This document shows, piece after piece, positions 57,559-64,000 of a stretch of DNA of 64,000 nt. The notes under the pieces were generated by a model. That model saw only the letters and a list, made by a program, of their open reading frames with translations. It was not told the origin of the DNA and did no database searches. The stretch spans positions 96,001-160,000 of the forward strand of contig JBIJDH010000007.1 of the NCBI GenBank assembly GCA_044344255.1, written 5' to 3'. Both the position numbers and the translations under genes were made by a program. Positions within the stretch are counted from its first letter, which is position 1, and the number at the start of each line of letters is the position of its first letter. This DNA is from Myxococcota bacterium (GTDB lineage Bacteria > Myxococcota_A > UBA796 > UBA2385).

Positions 57559-60500
57559 TCAGTTCTGGAACAGGTACAGCGTGGCGCCGGCCAGGAGCTG
57601 ATCGCCGGCTTGGAGCTCGATGGCGCTCCCGTCCTCGGGCGCGGTGCGGAAGTCGCCCTCCGGGCCGCTGCGGAGGAAGAAGGGGTGGAAGCCACCGTCC
57701 CCCTTGGCGTAGGTGCCGAGGTAGTCGGTGAGGCGCAGGCGGCGCCCGTCGAAGGCCGCCGTGACGCGGATCGGGCCGAGCTGAACCACCCGGCTGGCCT
57801 TCAAGGGCAGCCCAATCGTGAACAGGGCGCGCACCATTCGATCGCGGAGATCGACGCGGAGGAAGCGGGCGCGCGGATCGGGCAGGTTGGCCTCGGTGAG
57901 GACAAGCGTCACCACGAAGTCCTCGTCGCCGGCTGCGTCGCGGCGGATGACCTCGATCACGGCGCTGTCGGGGCTGCGGGTCTCCTCGAGGGTGGTCCCG
58001 CCTTGTTCAAGCCGAGCCTCTCGCTCCGAGAGGCGGCGCACGCTGCCGCGCTTGCCCCGCACCGTGAACTGGAAGTACCGCGTGGCCTCGAAGCGCTGGC
58101 CGGGCTCACAGCGGTTCTCGGGGACGACGATGTCGGCGCCGCGGAAGTTACCGACCGTGACCTCACCGGAGACCATCCAGCCCATCACGGAGAGCCGCGC
58201 GGGTCGGGAGAGCTCGAGCTGCCAGTCGGACTCATCGACGACGACCACCTCCGCCGGCGGCAGGGTGGGCGGCGGCGGCAGCGGCGCGCTGGGGGCGGCC
58301 GCCGCGGCGGGCCGCGGGGGTGACGCGGAAGGAGCCGGCGGCGCGGAGCTCGGAACGGGCGGTGGCGGAGGCGGGAGCGGTGAGGGCGACGGCGCCGCGG
58401 CGGGAGGGCGAGCGCGGGCGGCCGGGATCGGCGGTGGGTCCTCCACCGGTGAGGGCGCGCGCAGCGGAGGGGCCGCCGCCGCCGGGGGCCGGGTCTGGGG
58501 GAGGGCCGGGGGCACAGTGGGCGGCGCCGCGGGCGCGGGCGCGGGCTCGGTCGAGCGGAGGGCGCGGGGGGCGCCCGTCGGCGGGCGGAGCGGGGGGCGG
58601 GCGGGCGCCTCGTGCATCACCGACTCGAGCACGGAGGGCGGAGGCGCGCTCGGCAGATCGGTCGGGTCGCTGGACGGATCTTCGGTCGGCTCGTCGAGCA
58701 TCATCGGCGGGCCGATGATGGCTGGGCTCGGCGTGGGCGTGGGCGTGGGCGTGGGCGTGGGCGTGGGAGGCACGGGCGCGGCCTCCGGCGCGGCCTCCGG
58801 CGTGGGCGCGGCCTCAAGACCAAGCTGCGAGCTCACCTCCATCACCTCGACCATGACCGCAGGGGGCGGCGCTCCCCGCTCGCCCAGGCCGGCGGCGCTT
58901 GGGAGGTCGGTGGTGCCCAGGGCGGGCACGCCGGGCAGGGAGGTGACCTCCCCTGTCGGGTCCACCGCCGAGGCGAGGTCGAAGGCGGAGAGCGTGGCGC
59001 CCGAATCGGAGCTGCCGATCGGCGGCCGCGCCGTGGCGGCGGGGGGATAGCTGGCCTCGAAGACACAGTTCCCAGCGAGGAGCTCGTCGCCTGGCTGCAG
59101 ATCGAGGTTGGTGGGGCCGCTGGGGTCGCCGGCGGGGTGAAGGGCGAACACGTCGCCGGCGCGCCGGACATAGGTGTAGCAGTGGCGGGCGATCGAGTGG
59201 ATCACCGGCTCCCGGACGAGGTCGATCTCGGCGTGCTCGGAGGCCACCATGATCGAGTCGGTGTAGAACCGGCTCTTCGGGATCTCACCGTTACGGGAGC
59301 GGATGCTCCCGCCGGTCGCCATCTCGGGCTTCCAGACGATGTTGTCATTGTGGGGCTCGTCCGGGAGGCGCACCTTGCAGCGCCGGTCGCGGCCGACCTG
59401 GTGTTTGCTCCCGAAGACCATGTGTACGGTGCCACCCTTACGGCGGACCTCGCCGAGGTAGGGCCAGCCGTCCGTGGTCACGGTGGAGAGGTCGCGGTAC
59501 TCGATCTCGGTGGAGCCGAGCGCGATGCGGGCGTCGCGATCGAGGGGCGTGCCGACTCCTGGCGCTACCGGGCGGCCGTTCAGGGTGACGTCGGGGCGGT
59601 TGGCGGCCAACATCACGGTGTTGCCGCGCACCCGGAAGGTGGCGGCGGGCTGGGCGATGGCGGTGCCAAGCTCTCCGTTCGGCCCGACGTAGACGTCGTA
59701 GCCCTCCATGAACTTGTTGAAGTGGACCTTCTGGAGGAGGGCCCCGGACTCCCGCAGGGTCAGGATGCGCCCCTCGACCGCGGTGGGCACGATGGTGCGC
59801 CCGCCCGTGATCTGAGGCGTGAAGTTGGGCACGCGGAAGCCCTCGCGGCTCGGGCCTGCGGGGAGCTCGAGGTCGAGCTCCACCATGGTGTTGGCGAAGG
59901 GGCGGGGGGACCTCCGGTCGGAGTCGGCCTCCACCACGGCCAGCACGATCCAGGCCACCGGGGCGCCGGCGTCGTCTTCGAGGGTGAGCACCGAGGGGGC
60001 GCCGGGGTCCTCTGTCTTCGTGATGCGGTATCGATCGGCCACGTCGGGGTTGATGACGTGGACGAAGCTCCCGTCGGCATACTGCTGCAAGCGGTAAAGG
60101 GCTGGCAGCTTGAGGGCCGGGTGCGAGAAGTTGTCGAGCCAGTGGTCTCCGAGGGTGAACAACACCTGATCGGAGTACAGGCGGCCGACCTCCTGGTAGC
60201 CCTCCCAGGCGCCGGGGAGGTGGAGGTGGAGCGCGATGACGGGCCGTGAGGCCGGGCCGGGCTTCGGGTAGAGGTTGGGCAGGAGGCCGGTGACGAACTC
60301 GCCCTTCTGGAGGCCGAGGGAGTCGGCCTTGGTCTCGGGGCCGCCGTCCTCGATGATGTGAAAGCCGAGCGGCCGCTGGGGAAAGAGGGTGTGGAAGTCT
60401 TCCCCCTCACAGAAGGCCGTGAACCGATCCCGCAGCGCGGCGCGGGCCCGTTCGACCCAAGGCTCCCGCGCGTTCTTGAAGGTGCGCTTCCAGTCTTCGC

Positions 60501-60780
60501 TGTTGACGATGATCAGGACGTCGCTGACGCTCGCGACCCCATCTCCCCGCTCGGCCTGGAAGTGCGAGCGGAGGCCGCCCTTCCGCGAGAGGAAGGTGGA
60601 GGTGTCCCACAGCCGGGAGGGGTCAGAGACGAAGTCTTCGCTCGTTTTGTGCTTACGAAGACACTCGTTGTAAAATTCGAGCTCTGGGGAGGGGGGGAGG
60701 ACGAGGTCAGCGTCCCCCGAGAGGCCGCGGGCGCCCCCTGCGCTGAACATTCGGGCGAAGAAGTTTCCCAGCTCGGCCAT
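57559..60780 (-). CDS. 1073-aa protein with multiple FHA-like domains and a Pro-rich linker
   Basis: HQVGRDRRC.V.L...VASEHA, LQPGDELLAG, LQAGDQLLAG; GAGG Shine-Dalgarno. Confidence 0.75.
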   Translation of the reverse strand: MAELGNFFARMFSAGGARGLSGDADLVLPPSPELEFYNECLRKHKTSEDFVSDPSRLWDTSTFLSRKGGLRSHFQAERGDGVASVSDVLIIVNSEDWKRTFKNAREPWVERARAALRDRFTAFCEGEDFHTLFPQRPLGFHIIEDGGPETKADSLGLQKGEFVTGLLPNLYPKPGPASRPVIALHLHLPGAWEGYQEVGRLYSDQVLFTLGDHWLDNFSHPALKLPALYRLQQYADGSFVHVINPDVADRYRITKTEDPGAPSVLTLEDDAGAPVAWIVLAVVEADSDRRSPRPFANTMVELDLELPAGPSREGFRVPNFTPQITGGRTIVPTAVEGRILTLRESGALLQKVHFNKFMEGYDVYVGPNGELGTAIAQPAATFRVRGNTVMLAANRPDVTLNGRPVAPGVGTPLDRDARIALGSTEIEYRDLSTVTTDGWPYLGEVRRKGGTVHMVFGSKHQVGRDRRCKVRLPDEPHNDNIVWKPEMATGGSIRSRNGEIPKSRFYTDSIMVASEHAEIDLVREPVIHSIARHCYTYVRRAGDVFALHPAGDPSGPTNLDLQPGDELLAGNCVFEASYPPAATARPPIGSSDSGATLSAFDLASAVDPTGEVTSLPGVPALGTTDLPSAAGLGERGAPPPAVMVEVMEVSSQLGLEAAPTPEAAPEAAPVPPTPTPTPTPTPTPSPAIIGPPMMLDEPTEDPSSDPTDLPSAPPPSVLESVMHEAPARPPLRPPTGAPRALRSTEPAPAPAAPPTVPPALPQTRPPAAAAPPLRAPSPVEDPPPIPAARARPPAAAPSPSPLPPPPPPVPSSAPPAPSASPPRPAAAAAPSAPLPPPPTLPPAEVVVVDESDWQLELSRPARLSVMGWMVSGEVTVGNFRGADIVVPENRCEPGQRFEATRYFQFTVRGKRGSVRRLSEREARLEQGGTTLEETRSPDSAVIEVIRRDAAGDEDFVVTLVLTEANLPDPRARFLRVDLRDRMVRALFTIGLPLKASRVVQLGPIRVTAAFDGRRLRLTDYLGTYAKGDGGFHPFFLRSGPEGDFRTAPEDGSAIELQAGDQLLAGATLYLFQN

Positions 60781-60958
60781 CGCAGCACCTCGCCCGCGGG
60801 TCGGCCGGCGGAGGCGCCGGTTCGCGGGGCGCTGGAGCTTAACCCGTGCTAGGACGGCGGTCGCCTGGAGCCCGCTCGCCGCCCTCCCTCGCGCGGCGAT
60901 CGGGCAGAATCAAAAACTCACCTATCGGCAAGCTCAGATCTGCCGCTCGGGAGCGACC

Positions 60959-62179
60959 TTGGCTCAACTCCGCCCCTTCCCCGGTCTCCGCGCTGATGAC
61001 GCCCTCGCAGGCGAGATCATCGCTCCCCCCTACGACGTCGTCAGCGAGGCCGAGGCCAAGGCCATCGCCGGGCCCAACCCGAAGTCCTTCCTGCATGTGA
61101 CCCGGCCGGACGTCGATCTCGCGCCCGGCGTCGACATCCACAGCGCTGTCGCCTACGAGAAGGCGAGGGAAAACCTTGATAGCTTCACGCAGCGCGGCTG
61201 GATCGTCCAGGATGACGCCCCCTGCTTCTACCTCTACAGCCAGACCTGGCAGGGCCAGACCCAGGTGGGCCTGCTCGCGGCCTGCAGCGTCGAGGAGTAC
61301 GACGGCGGCGTGATCAAGCGCCATGAGCTCACCCGCCCGGACAAGGAGCAGGACCGCGTCGATCACATCCTGCACACCGGCACCCAGACCGGCCTCGTGT
61401 TCCTCGCCTACCGGGACGAGTTCCCGGTGGTGCGGGCGGCGATGGCCGAGGCCGAGGCCCTGCCGCTCGCCTGGCGGGTCACCACCGACGACGGCGTCGA
61501 GCACGCCTTGCGCGTGGTGCGGGACAGCGGTCTCGTCGACCGCCTGCGGGCCGCCTTCGCCGGGGTGCCGAACCTCTACATCGCCGACGGCCACCATCGC
61601 TCCGCCGCGGCCGCGCGCGTGGCCGCCGCCCGGAGAGGGGAGGGCAGCTCGAGCTGGTTCCTCGCGGGGATCTTCCCCGACCGTCAGCTGCGCGTGCTCG
61701 CGTACAATCGCCTCGTGAGCGACCTCCACGGTCACTCGGCGGAGGGCCTCCTGGCGGCGATCGGCCAGGACTTTGACGTGGAGGCCGGCGTGGCGCCAGA
61801 GCCGGTGGGCCGCGGCCACTTCACGGCTTACCTCGGCGGGGTCTGGTACGGGCTGCGACCGAAGGAGGGGCGGGTCGATCATCATGATCCCGTCGCCTCT
61901 CTCGACGTCAGCGTCCTCCAGGATCGGGTGCTCGGCCCGCTGCTCGGCGTGAAGGACCCGCGGACCGACACCCGCATCGAATTCGTGGGCGGGATCCGGG
62001 GCGCGTCGGCCCTCCAGGCCGCGGTGGACGCCGGGCGGGCGGCCGTCGCCTTCCACCTCTTCCCCACCGGCCTGGATCAGCTCTTCGCCGTCGCCGACGT
62101 CGACAAGCTCATGCCGCCCAAGAGCACCTGGTTCGAGCCGAAGCTCCGCGGCGGCGTGGTGGCGCACCGGATCGACTGA
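60959..62179 (+). CDS. DUF1015 family protein
   Basis: APPYDV, IKRHELT..DKE.DR, YIADGHHR, MPPKSTWFEPKLR.G. Confidence 0.92.
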   Translation: MAQLRPFPGLRADDALAGEIIAPPYDVVSEAEAKAIAGPNPKSFLHVTRPDVDLAPGVDIHSAVAYEKARENLDSFTQRGWIVQDDAPCFYLYSQTWQGQTQVGLLAACSVEEYDGGVIKRHELTRPDKEQDRVDHILHTGTQTGLVFLAYRDEFPVVRAAMAEAEALPLAWRVTTDDGVEHALRVVRDSGLVDRLRAAFAGVPNLYIADGHHRSAAAARVAAARRGEGSSSWFLAGIFPDRQLRVLAYNRLVSDLHGHSAEGLLAAIGQDFDVEAGVAPEPVGRGHFTAYLGGVWYGLRPKEGRVDHHDPVASLDVSVLQDRVLGPLLGVKDPRTDTRIEFVGGIRGASALQAAVDAGRAAVAFHLFPTGLDQLFAVADVDKLMPPKSTWFEPKLRGGVVAHRID

Positions 62180-62214
62180 CCCACCCCGAGGGCGACCGCG
62201 GCGGCGCGGCGGGA

Positions 62215-63987
62215 TCAGGGCCCCCGGACCTGCGCCAGTCCCGCTCGAGCGGTTGCATTGTCCGGATCGAGGCGCAGGGTCTCTGTCCACCACCGCGCCG
62301 CCTCGCTCTGGTCGCCTTGGAGCCAGGCGAGGGCCGCGAGGTTGAGCGTGACGGTGGGGTCGAAGGGCGCCAGGGCCGACGCCTGACCGAGCACGGTGGT
62401 CGCCTCCAGGAACTGGCGTTGATCGAGGAGGATCGCGCCGAGGGTGTTCCAACCCTCCGGGTAGAGCGGGTGCTGGCGCACGAGGATGCGGGCGACCGCG
62501 GCGGCCTCATCCGCGCGGCCCTGGCGCCTCAACAGGACAGCGAGATTGTTCGCCGCTTTTCGGAGCTTTGGATCCGCCCGCAGGGCCGCCTGGTAGAGCG
62601 AGACGGCGGCCTCGGGGTCACCCTGCTCCGCCAGGATGGTGGCGAGCGAGGCCTGGAGCAGCGGGTGACCGGGGAGGGCCGTGAGGCCGGCCTCGAGGGT
62701 CGCCTCTGCGGCTGCGGGCTGTCCGAGCGCGGTCTGCGCGCCGCTGAGGGCGGTCCAGCCGCGGGGGTGGAGCGGCTGCTTCTCCGTGAGGTCCTGCCAG
62801 AGGGCGAGGGAGCCGCGCCAGACCGGGATGCGCTCGAGCGTCCATCGAGCCTGGAGCCCGACGCAAAACAGCGCGAGCAGCAGCCAGAGGGCGTGGCCGC
62901 GGCGGGGCACGCCAGCCGCCAGGGCCAGCACCAGTCCGGCGCTCGGCAGGAGGAGGTAGCGGTCGGCCATCAGGTTCTGAATGGGGATGAGCTGGCTCAC
63001 CGGCAACAGCGCGAGGAAGAACCAGGCGACGCCCAGCCGGACGAGGCGCTCCTTCGAGAGGAGGGCGAAGACCCCGAGACCTGCGGCTACGCCGAGCCCG
63101 CGGAGGGCCTCGACCCCCCACCCCACGGGGGGCTCGACGTAGAGCACAGAGAGCTCGGTCGGCCAGAGCAGCATCCCGGCATACCGACCGAGCACCGCGC
63201 ACTGCAGGCTGAGCGCGCCCAGCGTGTCTTCGGCGCGGGGCTCGGCGTACATCGCCACCACCGAGCCGAGGGAGAGGGTGACGACCAGGCCCATCGCCGA
63301 GAGCGCCGCCCAGGGCAGCCAGCCCGCCCACCAGCGGGGACGCCGCGCCGCCGACGGGTCCCGGGCCCAGTCGAGGACGAAGAGCCAGGCGGGCAGCACG
63401 ATCGCCGTGTTCTTGGCCCAGTAGGCCGGCAGGAGCAGCGTGAGGGCGAGGAGGCCGCGGCGGGGGTGGGCCGTCCGATCGAGGAAGAGTCGGATCGACA
63501 GGAAGACGAAGAAGAGCGAGACGACGTCCTTGCGGCTGGCCAGCCAGGCCACGCTCTCGACGTGGACGGGCATGACCAGGAAGATGGCGGCGCCGAGCCA
63601 GGCGCGCAGGCCCTCCCCGAGGAGGCGCTCGAGGATGGAGAGGAAGAGCAGGCCGGCGCCGAGGTACCAGAGGACGCTGTGCAGGTGGTGCCCCGCCCAG
63701 CGCTCGCCGAAGAGGGCGAAGTCGAGGAGCACGGTGAGGTCTCGCACCGGGAGGTACTCTGCCCCGAGCGTGAGCCGCGCACCGGGGCTCATGTCCCAGA
63801 GGAGGGTGGGCAGCGCGTCGAGCGAGCCGGTGGAGAGGATCGGGTTGTTGAAGACCAGCCAGGGGGTGTCCAGGTCGACGTCGCCGTCCCAGACCGTGCT
63901 CGACCAGACCCACACGCCGAGGAGCAACAGCAGCAGGCTGCCCCGGTGTCTGCCCCCCGTGAGCGCGCTCCGCACCCGGGAGACCAC
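62215..63987 (-). CDS. TMTC-like GT-C glycosyltransferase with TPR repeats (start may lie beyond the window)
   Basis: Y.PVR, HVESVAW...RKD, ADRYL.LPS.G, W.....LW, C-terminal TPRs. Confidence 0.85.
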   Translation of the reverse strand: MVSRVRSALTGGRHRGSLLLLLLGVWVWSSTVWDGDVDLDTPWLVFNNPILSTGSLDALPTLLWDMSPGARLTLGAEYLPVRDLTVLLDFALFGERWAGHHLHSVLWYLGAGLLFLSILERLLGEGLRAWLGAAIFLVMPVHVESVAWLASRKDVVSLFFVFLSIRLFLDRTAHPRRGLLALTLLLPAYWAKNTAIVLPAWLFVLDWARDPSAARRPRWWAGWLPWAALSAMGLVVTLSLGSVVAMYAEPRAEDTLGALSLQCAVLGRYAGMLLWPTELSVLYVEPPVGWGVEALRGLGVAAGLGVFALLSKERLVRLGVAWFFLALLPVSQLIPIQNLMADRYLLLPSAGLVLALAAGVPRRGHALWLLLALFCVGLQARWTLERIPVWRGSLALWQDLTEKQPLHPRGWTALSGAQTALGQPAAAEATLEAGLTALPGHPLLQASLATILAEQGDPEAAVSLYQAALRADPKLRKAANNLAVLLRRQGRADEAAAVARILVRQHPLYPEGWNTLGAILLDQRQFLEATTVLGQASALAPFDPTVTLNLAALAWLQGDQSEAARWWTETLRLDPDNATARAGLAQVRGP

Positions 63988-64000
63988 CGCCTCGACGCGC

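Noticed and set aside
58727..58766. GTGGGC hexamer tract as a contingency locus
   Set aside because: In-frame Pro-Thr linker; a length change would not shift the frame.

Overview
High-GC bacterial chromosome segment, most consistent with a Myxococcota/deltaproteobacterial genome: MYXO-CTERM-like tail, MopE-type CxD/DxDCDG repeats, parA-parB-bactofilin linkage, a sigma54 promoter, lpxD. It is mostly core and envelope genes: parA, parB, bactofilin, udk, rsmE, MltA-like, CPA2 antiporter with an OmpR-type two-component system, recN, nagZ, tadA-tRNA-Ser x2-SRP RNA-dnaX-recR, lpxD, DUF4398/OmpA pair, DUF1015 and a TMTC-like glycosyltransferase, plus many secreted or lipoprotein genes. The most unusual part is ~31.3-44.7 kb. 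There a fibre-like secreted protein is divergent from a propeller/HisKA_3 sensor kinase. The kinase's likely NarL partner lies 8 kb away, beyond a block carrying an orphan polymorphic-toxin-like gene, a LamG/heparinase lipoprotein, a possible muramidase remnant and an IS91-type transposase remnant. Other leads are a compositionally atypical secreted gene with gasdermin-like motif spacing, a thrombospondin-like surface protein, a DUF3662-like/multi-FHA protein, probable CTG starts and leaderless promoters. No CRISPR array or rRNA was seen. All family calls come from motif recognition by eye, without database searches, and many long ORFs in the supplied track are GC-driven shadow frames.
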